Assembly: GCA_050633305.1 (NCBI GenBank)
Contig: JBOEGF010000013.1
Coordinates: 1 to 64,000, forward strand
Direction of reading: 5' to 3'
DNA length: 64,000 nucleotides
Origin: Nannocystales bacterium
GTDB taxonomy: Bacteria > Myxococcota_A > Polyangia > Nannocystales > Nannocystaceae
This document shows, piece by piece, positions 38,702 through 48,612 of the stretch. Positions within the stretch are counted from its first letter, which is position 1; every line of letters starts with the position of its first letter. The position numbers and the translations under genes were made by a program. The notes beneath the pieces were generated by a model. The model ran no database searches, was not told the origin of the DNA, and saw only the letters and a list, made by a program, of their open reading frames with translations.

Positions 38702-39169
38702 TCAATCCGCCACTCTCGCGCCCTCGAGTGCCTGCCACGCGACGGCGAAGTTGGGTTTCCCCGATTCGCGTTGGGCGCTCGCTTCCATGACGAGCGTCCG
38801 CTCACCGACCGCCCGCCACGCGAGCAGCACATGCTCCGAACCGCCGGAGCCTCCTTCACGGACCTCCTCCACATAGCGGACCGGTCCGCCTGTGAGACTG
38901 CGCTGTTCGAGGCTGGTCGCCGGAGTCGGAGGCCCGGCGGCCAACCACAGCTCGATCACCATCGGGCTGCGCAAGGCCCCCGACTCCGTGAACGTCATTC
39001 GGTTTTCGACGTGGTCGGCCCGAAAGCCGTCAGGCATTTCGGCCGAGATACCTGCGTAGTGGACCGAGGAGCCTGACGTTGGAGTGGGTATGGAGGGAGA
39101 GTTCGCGGTGCAACCCGCGAGGCAGAGCGCGGACAGCACAGTCATCGACGTCACGTGTTGGCTGCTCAT
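38702..39169 (-). CDS. tsi3: Tsi3-like type VI secretion immunity lipoprotein
   Basis: LAGC lipobox; P.GF...F.E.G.LR.P, RY.EE..GGS.GSE..L, ASAQ.E.G.P.FA.AW..LE.AR resemble P. aeruginosa Tsi3 as recalled; start may be 39145. Confidence 0.75.
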   Translation of the reverse strand: MSSQHVTSMTVLSALCLAGCTANSPSIPTPTSGSSVHYAGISAEMPDGFRADHVENRMTFTESGALRSPMVIELWLAAGPPTPATSLEQRSLTGGPVRYVEEVREGGSGGSEHVLLAWRAVGERTLVMEASAQRESGKPNFAVAWQALEGARVAD

Positions 39170-39610
39170 CGTCGAAACCTTGGCGCCAAGTGAAGGGCTC
39201 GCCCCATCGGCACGTAGCATATCCCACAACGCACCGGAGGCTGTGCAGCCGCCCGGGGGGCAGCACGTCTCCATCTATCCAAGGTCGCACCGTCGCCGCG
39301 TTTCCGGGGCCGAACCTGCCGGCCTACCGAGGAAACTGGAGTGCGTGGCCACTCCCCAACGTAGAGTCCATCGGCATGGAGTCGCTCTTGTCCGGAGCGG
39401 CAGGCTCGGGCGGGATGACGGGCTCGCGTGCGGGAGGCTCGCCCTGCAAGAGCCCGCGGCGAGCCTACCGACGCCCGCATCCATCCGGGTCCAGAGGAGC
39501 GCTACGCCCAACGACGCGCGCGGTGACCTGAGCCCGGAGCGTTTTCAAGACAGAGCGGAGGACATTCGGATCACGAGCGTTGTGGTGCACCTGCGGTAGG
39601 GTTGGCAACG

Positions 39611-40612
39611 ATGCCTTCACCCCCGGGATCTGAGCCCGCCCAGAGTCCGCCGCCTGCCCCCAACGGGCTCAGCGAGTGTTTCTCCGACAAGCGGATGGTG
39701 TCCGTCGAGATCCTCCGCGCCCTACAGAAGAAGAGCAACGGTCCGGGCGTGGCTCGTCTGCTCGCGCAGGGCAGCGGTTACCTCGTGGCCGGGATCACCC
39801 TCGTTCTCGCCGAACAGACCTGGCTCGTGGCGGCTGCCTTCGTCGTCAGCTCCGTCTTCCAGTTCGCGTTCTTCGGAATGCTTCACGAGGCATGCCACTT
39901 CACCGCGTTCGCCAGCCGGCGGCTGAACCTACTGGCGGGTTGGGTCGCAGCTCTCGCCCAACCGATGTCCCCCGCCCTAATGCGTGCATTCCACTACGAG
40001 CACCACCGGTTCACGCACCAGCTCGAGCGTGACCCCGAGCTCGCTCAGATGGCGTTCATGGTCCGCTGGCCGCCACACCTGATGTGGCTCATGACGATGA
40101 CCGGCCTGCCCATCGTCGCCGCTCGATTTGGCTGGACCCTGTTCGCGGCCGTCGTGCCTCCGGGTCGCGCATGGGACAAGGTCTTGCCCTTCGTCCGACC
40201 TGCTCAGCGGCGTGCGATCGCATGGGAGGCACGGGCTCTTGCGCTCATCCACGGCGGCGCAATGGCAGTGGCGGTGTTGTGGCTACCCGAGCTGTGGCGC
40301 GTGTATGCAGCCCTGGCGACGGGACACGCGCTCCTCTCGTTCTACATCACCTGTGAGCATCGCGGACTCCCGACCGAGGGCACCATCCTCGACCGCACGC
40401 GGTCGTTGCAAACGCCGTCTTGGATCCGCTGGCTGCTTTGGAACATGCCCTTCCACGCCGAGCACCATGGATGGCCAGCGGTGCCGTTTCACGCTCTGCC
40501 CGAGCTACACGCGACGGTCCGAGAGCATCTGGTTCATCGGGTCAGTCCCGCGTACCTCCACATGCACGGCGGCCGCGAACCGGCTCCCCCAAGAGACGAA
40601 CCGCAAGCGTAG
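39611..40612 (+). CDS. Membrane fatty acid desaturase family protein
   Basis: His boxes HEACH, HYEHH, HAEHH; WNMPFHAEHH.WP.VPFHALP. Confidence 0.9.
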   Translation: MPSPPGSEPAQSPPPAPNGLSECFSDKRMVSVEILRALQKKSNGPGVARLLAQGSGYLVAGITLVLAEQTWLVAAAFVVSSVFQFAFFGMLHEACHFTAFASRRLNLLAGWVAALAQPMSPALMRAFHYEHHRFTHQLERDPELAQMAFMVRWPPHLMWLMTMTGLPIVAARFGWTLFAAVVPPGRAWDKVLPFVRPAQRRAIAWEARALALIHGGAMAVAVLWLPELWRVYAALATGHALLSFYITCEHRGLPTEGTILDRTRSLQTPSWIRWLLWNMPFHAEHHGWPAVPFHALPELHATVREHLVHRVSPAYLHMHGGREPAPPRDEPQA

Positions 40613-40614
40613 GC

Positions 40615-41285
40615 GACGAGATGTCCGCTTCGAACTCGGCCGCGATCGATTCGAGCGCGAGCTGCGGTTCGCTCACCGGCCCGATCGAGACCGCCTCCAG
40701 CATCTCGTCGAACTCCTCCGTCGTGAAGGTGTCGAAGGCGTCGGCACGGGTCACCATGTCGAGAAGCATCGATCCGACGGCGTTCCCTAGAGTCCCCAGC
40801 ACAAAGCGAGGCACACACTTGTCGTCCGGGCCACGGGTGCTTCCGGGGGGACAGGCACTGCTCCAGCTATCAGCGCCGCCATTGCCCGTGTCCAATACGC
40901 AACCGTCGATCGGACCGGGCTTCGCCCCCGGTGGGCATGCGACGTACCAACCGTCCGTGGTGGGCGTGAAGCGAACGGTAATCCGCTCGGGAACACATTC
41001 CCCCAGAGGCCCCACGACGAACCCTGGCTCACACCAGTCGTTGGGATCGGCATCTCGCCCGCCCTCCCGGACGCGAAGCGTCGCGACGCATCGACCGAGG
41101 GGGTCCGGCTGGGTTCCGGGCGGGCACTCAGCTTCGTACATGCGGGTCGCCTCAGTCCTGCTCCGAGTCGCCGCGCCGGGTTACTGCTCGCAAACCCGAA
41201 CCAGCAGGGTCTCGCAGAGCTCAACTGTGCGGCGATAGCAGCGAGCCCGCTGCTGCCCGGCCAGCCCCTTGCAGTCGTCCGGCCG
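40615..41285 (-). pseudogene. Remnant of a Cys-rich repeat protein
   Basis: Four CPPG/CEPG...CV units; in-frame TAA near 41180; no clear start; 3' end runs antisense into the desaturase. Confidence 0.5.
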
Positions 41286-41325
41286 CGAGCCACCCTCCAC
41301 CGGCGTCCTCCACCGAAGATCCCTC

Positions 41326-42414
41326 TCAGCGGCCCCAGTAGCCGAACAATGGGGTCTGAATGCTCATCAGACTCGGCCCGTTGCCCGTCCCTGGGAAGAA
41401 TGGGAAGGCAGCGTTGCTGATGTACAACGTCTTCGCATCAAGCCCCCTCCCGAACGCCGCCGCCGTCGGGCCATCGAGTCCATCGGACGCGTCGAGGATC
41501 GTCTCAACCTCACCGTATTTCGAGATCGAAACGACCGTCTGAAAGGGGTCCGTCGTACAGTAGATCGTACCAATGAAGTCGAGCGCAAAGTCATCACATC
41601 CAGGGAACGGCTCGTCATACGCAAACACGGGATTCTTCGACGCGTCGCCGTACTTGACATAAGGAACGCCTGCGACAGGATTCGTCTTCCAAGGATATGG
41701 TGGAAGCATCGGGATCGCCACGATGGTCCCTTCCGCCGAGTTTGCGACGTAGAGTTCCCCCTTGAATGCCTGTATGCCGTTGGCCGCAGGTACCAGGTCC
41801 AGCGGATTCGTGTCCGCGAGCAACGGCGTCTCAGCCCAGACGCTGGCCGCGGCCCCGGTCCCCTGCACGGGAGCCTTAAAGACGCGCGGTGCGGCCGTGT
41901 CGGCGACGTAGAGGTTGGGTCCCCATAGCGCAATGCCGTTCCCGAGGGCATCCGCGGGTAGTGATGCGACGAGGGTGGCAGCGCCGTCGGCCGCGACCTT
42001 CCAGATTCCTCGACTGGCCGGGTCGCATGAGTTCACAGGCACGTACAGGTTGTTGAACCAGTCGACGGCAAGCGCTCCCATGATCCCGCCGAAGGGTCCC
42101 TGACAATCGGCAGGGTCCCCCAACGGCAGGACAGCGACAGTCGTACGCTGCCCCGATTCGTCGATCGCAGCAATCTCCCCTGTAAGCGCGAGTGATACGA
42201 ACAAGGTACCGTCGTAGCCAACCGCAACACTCTCGGGTGTTTCGAGGGCCTCGGAGCTAAACGCATAGACCTCATCGGCTGCACCCAATGAAAACTGACC
42301 ACTACGCGCGGAACAGTCGAGATCCTCATAGCCCATATCGTCACAACCAACACTAAGCCCGAAGGCAGCGGCGATAGAGAGTAGAGCAAGAGATGGACGT
42401 ACTGATTGAATCAC
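41326..42414 (-). CDS. SMP-30/gluconolactonase-like beta-propeller lipoprotein
   Basis: SVGC lipobox; PESVA, GNGIA..LYVADT, ANGI, DDFALD, PTAAAFG...LYISN. Confidence 0.85.
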   Translation of the reverse strand: MIQSVRPSLALLSIAAAFGLSVGCDDMGYEDLDCSARSGQFSLGAADEVYAFSSEALETPESVAVGYDGTLFVSLALTGEIAAIDESGQRTTVAVLPLGDPADCQGPFGGIMGALAVDWFNNLYVPVNSCDPASRGIWKVAADGAATLVASLPADALGNGIALWGPNLYVADTAAPRVFKAPVQGTGAAASVWAETPLLADTNPLDLVPAANGIQAFKGELYVANSAEGTIVAIPMLPPYPWKTNPVAGVPYVKYGDASKNPVFAYDEPFPGCDDFALDFIGTIYCTTDPFQTVVSISKYGEVETILDASDGLDGPTAAAFGRGLDAKTLYISNAAFPFFPGTGNGPSLMSIQTPLFGYWGR

Positions 42415-43476
42415 AGTACTTCCGTTGGGCTGCGCACAAACGAGCGCCCCTGGTCAGAAGGACAGGCGGCCCAAAGGATCACCCCGCCGTGCCGATGTGG
42501 CGCCCGATGGGCCGGAGACAGCGGAAACAGGCCGAGCGCCCCGCCCCGGATTCGCCAGAACGGATACTGTCCCTGGCTGTCGCTGAGCCTCTTTGTGCCC
42601 CAATCTGTGAGATTTCCAACAGGAACGACGTTCGGCGAGATGGCGCGTTTTCGCGCCCTAACCTGGCCCAACACCACTGTGACAATCGATTGACCACCGG
42701 TCAGCGAGCATGTGGCGGAACGGCGTTCTGCGCGCTCGACCATAGCGTACGCAATACGCGGTCTCTACTAGTCCAACGTAGGGACGAATACGCATCCTTC
42801 ACGCACCACTACGACGATGTCGGAATTCCAACGGTGTCAGTTCACCGGCGGCGACACCTTGTTCTAACGAATTCGGACCCCGATGCAACTTCGGGTCCAC
42901 GTTGGAGAGAGGCTGACGGCCCCTCATCCCCGTGCTCGTGCTCCTGTCTGGAAGTCAGTTTTTCGCAACGGTGCGGATTCGCGGTCGACCGTCTCCTTGC
43001 AATGTCCAACCCGCCAGCTCTCTATCCTGACAGTTTCCGCCTCGCTCCGACCAACGGCTGAACCAGCACCGTTCGCTGTCCCCTCGCAGCCGTGCCCCAG
43101 AGGTACAGCGAGGTGGGAATCACCGAGCGACCACGACTGCGCACAGGAAGGGCATCAGCTCGCGGCGCAGCGGAGCATGGCAACACGGGCGAGAACACCA
43201 GGCCGAAGCTTGGGATCGAGGCAACGACCGACCCCCATCATGTCCGATGGACCTGGGGGTCTTCTCAGGGCGCACGAGCTCCACACTCGGGCCAAGTACC
43301 GGGCGCTCGCGAAGGCCGTGCTGTCGGCAGACTTCCTGGGCGTTCAGCGGGGCGGTCTAGACCAGGTTGATGCTGGTTGCATCGCGTTCAGCCTCCAAGG
43401 CCAGGACTCGGACACCGAGTGCCGGGTTGTCGACCTGTCCGACAGGCGAGCTGCGGGTCCTCGAGTTCGGCCTGGA

Positions 43477-43643
43477 CTAGCAGGGTGAGGAAAAAGTCGC
43501 GCGTATGCAGAACGGTGTCATCGCCATGCAGAGCAAGGCGCGAAGAGGGAGCTGGTTGGACACCTGTGACCGATGAGGAACGCAGCTATGCATGGCGAGG
43601 GCGCCGTTATGCACTGCGTGGGACTTTTTCCTCACCCTGCTAG
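43477..43643. mobile_element. MITE (non-autonomous IS5/IS1182-like miniature element) flanked by CTAG
   Basis: CTAG-CAGGGTGAGGAAAAAGTC ... GACTTTTTCCTCACCCTG-CTAG; imperfect inverted repeat extends about 58 nt; no transposase. Confidence 0.8.
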
Positions 43644-43719
43644 GGGGGATATCCCTGACCGACAGGGTACGAGACGATCGAACCGGCAAGAACACGACGA
43701 CGTCCAGGCTGGTGCGCCC

Positions 43720-44142
43720 CTACGCTGCCCTGGCGTCGCCGAGCCACCGGTCGGCACGTGTCAGCCAGGCGAGAGCGTCGCTCTCATCCCGCGCCCAATA
43801 CATGTCGGGCTTGATTGCTCGCGCCATGATCCGCTTGAGGCCTGTGACTCCCACGGTCGCCGATCCGGTGGACAAGCCCTGACGGGCGGTGAGCACGGCC
43901 AGAGCTTTCGCCGACGCCGACACGGCCCGGGTCACGGTCGCGCCCGTGATGTCCCACAGGATGCAGTACGGCTGGCAGCGGCCCCGAATCGTGCGCTCGG
44001 CCAGCCTGAGCCCCTCGAGGAACGCGGCTTCGTCGCAGTGGCTCAGGTTCGCGTGGACCAACGGGCGTCCGTTGTGGCGTACGAGGATCACGGAAGCGGT
44101 TCTGTGCACGTCGTCTCCTGGCATCGACGCGTTGCGGCTCAT
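43720..44142 (-). CDS. Small STAS/SEC14-like hypothetical protein, paralog 1
   Basis: Shares H.GRP....L.HC.E..FL, PYC.LWDITG.T.TR, LSTGSAT.GV.GLKR.MARA..P.MYWA with the neighbour; fold call tentative. Confidence 0.7.
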   Translation of the reverse strand: MSRNASMPGDDVHRTASVILVRHNGRPLVHANLSHCDEAAFLEGLRLAERTIRGRCQPYCILWDITGATVTRAVSASAKALAVLTARQGLSTGSATVGVTGLKRIMARAIKPDMYWARDESDALAWLTRADRWLGDARAA

Positions 44143-44184
44143 CTTGAGACGTTCGTGCGTGATGGCGGCAAGTCGTCACGAGCC

Positions 44185-44589
44185 TCAATGGCCGGGCGTC
44201 GCAGCGTCACGCCAGCGTTCGGACCGGGTCAGCCAACGGAGCGCGTCTTCGACATCTGTGGCCCAGTACATGTGGGGCTCAACAGCGCGCGCCATCACCC
44301 GCTTGAGCCCGCAGACCCCGATCGTCGCGGAACCCGTCGAGAGTCGCTGTTCTCGGATGCGGACCGCGAGGGCCTTGGTCGCACGCGAGATCTCGCGCGT
44401 GAGTGTAGACCCGGTGATGTCCCAGAGGACGCAGTACGGCCGTAGCCGGGCATCGACGTATCTCTCTGCCCAGCCGAGGCGGACGAGAAACTCGTCTTCG
44501 TGGCAGTGGCGGAGGTCGGTGCGCAGGACTGGCCGCCCGAGGTGACTCTCGAACCTCACTGCGTCATCACGAGACACGTCGTCCGTCAC
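44185..44589 (-). CDS. Small STAS/SEC14-like hypothetical protein, paralog 2
   Basis: Tandem paralog of 43720-44142. Confidence 0.7.
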   Translation of the reverse strand: MTDDVSRDDAVRFESHLGRPVLRTDLRHCHEDEFLVRLGWAERYVDARLRPYCVLWDITGSTLTREISRATKALAVRIREQRLSTGSATIGVCGLKRVMARAVEPHMYWATDVEDALRWLTRSERWRDAATPGH

Positions 44590-44722
44590 ATCGACCGAAT
44601 GTGCGTAGAGTTGAGCACCTCGGCACAGAACACATGGTGGTTCATTTCGGGTCTACCTCTCGCCGGCTCAGCCCGATCGCGGTCGCCAAGCCACGGACCG
44701 GCGGTCTCTCCGTCGGCACCTC

Positions 44723-45847
44723 TCAGAGGCAGACCGCGTTGTTCTCGGGAGCGATCGGCGGGTCCGCGCCGCAACCGTAGTCGCTGCAACTACCAGGAAG
44801 GGAGCAGTACCAGCATGCCGCAAGCGACGGGTCTCCGTCGCAATCTGGGTCGGGGATTCCACAACCGCAGCTACAGAGTTCATCGTCGTAGTAGTACTCC
44901 AGCGGACAGGTCCAGCCGATCAGGATCGGGTCGCATGTCGCATTGTCGATGGGCGCGATCGCACTGCAGTCTTCGCCGTCGGCGAAGCAGGACCCCATGC
45001 CATTGCATTCGCCGCAAGCTGCAACGGCTTCGCTCTCACAGTCGAGATCGACCGCACCACATCCGCAGTCGCAGGTGGCACCATCGTCGTAGGCGAGGAC
45101 CTCACACGTCCAGTTCGGCGGGACGAAGCAGAGGGGGTTGTCATCAGGAACGGCGACAGCGCCCCCCTCGAAAGCGGCACCACAGGAGCCGGGCCCGTTG
45201 CATTCGTCGCACTTCGCGGAGACATCGTCGTCACAGTCAGGGTCTGGGATGCCGCCTCCGCAGTCACAGGACTCGTGGTCGTCGTACGACTGGTCGGTAC
45301 ACGCCCGTCCCTCGGGAGCTGGCGGCGCGGTGGTGTACATGCCGTCTGCGAGGTCGGTGCAGTTGCCGTCGGGAACGAGCGTGCTCGCAAGCGTCGTGGC
45401 GTCGATCCGGGACTCATCCTCCGTGGCGTCTCCGACCCCGCAGGCTCCGGCGCTCGCGCAGAACGACACGAAGTAGCCCGTGTCTTCCGCGATGACGACC
45501 AGATCTGGCGCGACCCGAATGCAGTTCGACCTCGAGTCTGAGTTCGAGCCTGAATCTGAGTCCGGCACCGAGTCCGAATCCGAGTCGCGGTCGGAGCCGC
45601 TCGTCGCATCCGAGGCGAAATCGGGCTCCGTACCAGAGTCCGAGCGGGGTGCCCTCGTCGTCGTCGTCGTGGGAGAAAGCGGACTCGAGTCGGTCACGTC
45701 CGCCGCCCCGATCGTTTCGTCGTGGCCGTCCGCGTCTGTCTCATTGCCGGAGTCGGAGACGGGTGATTCGCATGCCGCGGAGCCCAGGGCGAGAACAGCC
45801 GCGAGTGCCACGCGACTGAGAGAGTTGGGAAGCTGAGGGGGGATCAT
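44723..45847 (-). CDS. Cys-rich repeat lipoprotein
   Basis: SAAC lipobox, S/D linker, three WTC...Y.D...CDCGCG..D.DC-type repeats. Confidence 0.85.
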   Translation of the reverse strand: MIPPQLPNSLSRVALAAVLALGSAACESPVSDSGNETDADGHDETIGAADVTDSSPLSPTTTTTRAPRSDSGTEPDFASDATSGSDRDSDSDSVPDSDSGSNSDSRSNCIRVAPDLVVIAEDTGYFVSFCASAGACGVGDATEDESRIDATTLASTLVPDGNCTDLADGMYTTAPPAPEGRACTDQSYDDHESCDCGGGIPDPDCDDDVSAKCDECNGPGSCGAAFEGGAVAVPDDNPLCFVPPNWTCEVLAYDDGATCDCGCGAVDLDCESEAVAACGECNGMGSCFADGEDCSAIAPIDNATCDPILIGWTCPLEYYYDDELCSCGCGIPDPDCDGDPSLAACWYCSLPGSCSDYGCGADPPIAPENNAVCL

Positions 45848-46080
45848 GGCAACGGAGGTGGCCGCTCTCGTGCCGCGTCAGCCTGCGAGAGCTACGCGAG
45901 GTGCTTCTCCCCACGAGGCCGTGGGGGAACTGAGCGCCGGCGCCCGGTCGACACCACCCCTACTTTCCCGCTTGGAGCCGATCCCGTTAACTTGGAGCCG
46001 ATTCTGCTAAGAGAATTATCAACCGACCGAGGGGCTTTGCCGTCGTTCGTGACCTGTTCCGTCCGGGAGCCTTCAGCATT

Positions 46081-48600
46081 TCACTGCAGCCCGCGCAAAC
46101 AGGTCTCCGCACTCTTCAGCGCATCGGTTGCCCCCGCTTCGGCGAGCATCTTCTTGGAGCGTGTGCACAACCGACGCGCCTCCTCCTGGCTTCCCTGCTG
46201 CAACTCGAGAATTCCCAACTCGTAGAAGAGCAACCCACGCAGGTGAGGCGGAACGGCTTCGTTGTCAGCATCCGACTCGGCACCCGCGAGAATCGCTTCG
46301 ACGTCGGACCATCGCTCCAGCTTGCGATACGCCATCGAAAGCTGGTAGCGATCGTTGAGGACCGCGGGATGCTCGGGGGGAAACAGCGCGCTACGGATCT
46401 CGTGCGCCCGAAGAAGATGCTCGAGTGCGTCGATGGGCGCGCCATCGAAGTACAGCGCCTGGCCCAGGGACCCGTGGAGGACCGCTAAGCGCGCGTCATT
46501 CTCGCTGTACACAGGCTGCAGCCGAGCCAGGGCTTTCCGGGAGTACTCGGCCGCCCGTTTCATCTCTCCGCGCGCGAACTCCAGCGCGGCCATATTGGCG
46601 AGCACCTCACCGGCCTTGGGCGAGTCGGGGCCCAGTCGTTCGGCAAGCATCTGTTCGGCGTCCTCGAATGAGCTCTGCGCGAGGTCCACCTCACCAAGCC
46701 GAGCCTGGTTGACGCCAAGCGCCACGAGGGCGTCTGCCAGCACCACGGATGCGTTGCCGCTGAGCGCCCGCGACTGCCGGACCGCTTCCTCGAGATAGGG
46801 GGTCGCTTGGTCGTGCTCACCTCGACGGCTGTACGCAACGCCCAGCGTCCGAGCTCGCAACGCCATCAGTCCTGCAGGCCGCCCCGCACGCTCCAGCGAA
46901 GCGTCCGCGAACCGCAGCGTCTCCAAGGCCGCCTTCAGGTCCATGTCGTCCCGGCCTTCGACGAATACGAGGAACAGCCAGGCCCGGGCTGCGATCTCGT
47001 CGAGTCCCGCGCCCGCCGCGAGATGGGCCGCCTCGCTCAGCGTCCGTCGGGCGGCGGGGACGTGACCGGCGGCTCGCTGGTGCCGCCCCCAAGCAATGAG
47101 GACCTCGGCAAGCAATGGGGCATACCCCAGCTCGCGCACCTGCTGGACGAGGCTGTCCAGCCGCGCTTCGATCGAGCCGAAGCCTTGGCTATCGATGTCA
47201 GCCTCGACCCCGATCAACTCGGTCCTCAACGCATCCACACGATCGCGAAGCGGATTGGGGGGAAGGGCCGCCCAGTGGATGAGTCGCTCATCGTCCTCGC
47301 AGCTCACCGGATCCCCCAAGGCTTCCAGCGAAACGACGAAGGACCCGATGTTCGATCCATCGACCCGTTCGGCCAAGGCTTCGAGGCGCTCACGAAACCG
47401 GCGCAGGCACTCCCAGCGGCGGTCGAAGATGTCGTCGGGTATCGCCGCCGTACACAGCCTGCCCTGCACCTCTCCCCACGACGAGATGTGGACCTCCGCA
47501 AGGGCATCGAAGACCTCGACATCGGTGTCCGAGACGGGCGCGGGCGCATCCAAGCACGGCCGTGGTGTATCGGGTACGACCCATGATGCGAGCCCGATCG
47601 CGGCGACCGAAACGACCGCGGAGACCGCGATCCACCGGGAGCGCCTTGGGGACCGTGCCGCCTCGCTCAGCGCGGACGCAAGACCGGCCATCGATGCGAA
47701 GCGCTGCTCGGGGCTCTCGGCCTTGGCGCGGCTCAAGACCTTCCACACCGCGGCCGGTACGTCCTGTCGACCGGTGAGTACCTCGCTTCCGACCATCCCG
47801 AGCCCGTACTGATCCGCCGCCGGTCCTCCCTGCCCGAGTTTCAGCACCTCGGGTGCGATATAGCCAGGCGTGCCGCGGAGTTCGCCTTGCTCGCCGGTCC
47901 CTCTGCTGGAGGCGTCGAGGGCGGAAGCTCGCTCGTGGTCGCGGAGTGAAGCGAGACCGAAGTCGGCGACCCGAGCCCGGCCGTCGTCTCCCACCAGAAT
48001 GTTTCCCGGCGTGACGTCGCGATGCACAACCCCTGCAGCGTGTGCAGCCGCGAGTCCACGTGCGGCCCCTGCCAAGACCTCGAGCACGTCTCGGGTGGAG
48101 CGGGGCTGCTGCGAGAGCCACGTTCGCAGCGAGCCCCCGTCCACCAGTTCCTCGATCAGGAACGCGTGCCCCGTCGTGGACTCGACATCGAACACGGGAA
48201 CAATGTTGGAATGGGACAGACCTGCGAGGACCTGCGCCTCCTCGAGCAAGCGTGCGGCCGCCGACGCGGGAGCATCCAGCATCACCTTGATCGCGACCGG
48301 ACGATGTAACGCGGTGTCGGTTCCAGCGTAGACCAGGCTCATGCCCCCTGCCCCCAACACGCGCTGCGGAAGGTACCGCCCCTGCGCCACACCATCGAGC
48401 ATCCACCCTGGCTCGCGTTCTTCTTCATGGTCCCTCGCCGTGGAGACATCGGACGCGGGCTCGATGAGGCGCGCGAGCTGAACCAGCGTCGCACGGCATT
48501 GGTGACATGCATCGAGATGGTCCTCGACCCGCCGAACCTCGGCGTCTTCCAAGGCACTGGCCACAAACTCAACCAGCAGGTTCTCGTCGGGACATGTCAT
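46081..48600 (-). CDS. Ser/Thr protein kinase with N-terminal zf-HC2, TM segment and C-terminal TPRs
   Basis: HLDACHQC, LGAGGMSLVY, VAIK, HRDVTPGN, DFGLA, GTPGYIAPE; LGPDSP / FPPEHP TPR motifs. Confidence 0.92.
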   Translation of the reverse strand: MTCPDENLLVEFVASALEDAEVRRVEDHLDACHQCRATLVQLARLIEPASDVSTARDHEEEREPGWMLDGVAQGRYLPQRVLGAGGMSLVYAGTDTALHRPVAIKVMLDAPASAAARLLEEAQVLAGLSHSNIVPVFDVESTTGHAFLIEELVDGGSLRTWLSQQPRSTRDVLEVLAGAARGLAAAHAAGVVHRDVTPGNILVGDDGRARVADFGLASLRDHERASALDASSRGTGEQGELRGTPGYIAPEVLKLGQGGPAADQYGLGMVGSEVLTGRQDVPAAVWKVLSRAKAESPEQRFASMAGLASALSEAARSPRRSRWIAVSAVVSVAAIGLASWVVPDTPRPCLDAPAPVSDTDVEVFDALAEVHISSWGEVQGRLCTAAIPDDIFDRRWECLRRFRERLEALAERVDGSNIGSFVVSLEALGDPVSCEDDERLIHWAALPPNPLRDRVDALRTELIGVEADIDSQGFGSIEARLDSLVQQVRELGYAPLLAEVLIAWGRHQRAAGHVPAARRTLSEAAHLAAGAGLDEIAARAWLFLVFVEGRDDMDLKAALETLRFADASLERAGRPAGLMALRARTLGVAYSRRGEHDQATPYLEEAVRQSRALSGNASVVLADALVALGVNQARLGEVDLAQSSFEDAEQMLAERLGPDSPKAGEVLANMAALEFARGEMKRAAEYSRKALARLQPVYSENDARLAVLHGSLGQALYFDGAPIDALEHLLRAHEIRSALFPPEHPAVLNDRYQLSMAYRKLERWSDVEAILAGAESDADNEAVPPHLRGLLFYELGILELQQGSQEEARRLCTRSKKMLAEAGATDALKSAETCLRGLQ

Positions 48601-48612
48601 AGTGAGACTCGG

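Noticed and set aside
39170..39600. Tse3-like effector upstream of tsi3
   Set aside because: No convincing ORF or muramidase motif in any frame.
42420..43470. Coding or ncRNA content in the long intergenic stretch
   Set aside because: ORFs lack recognisable motifs and signals, and there is no structure I can support.
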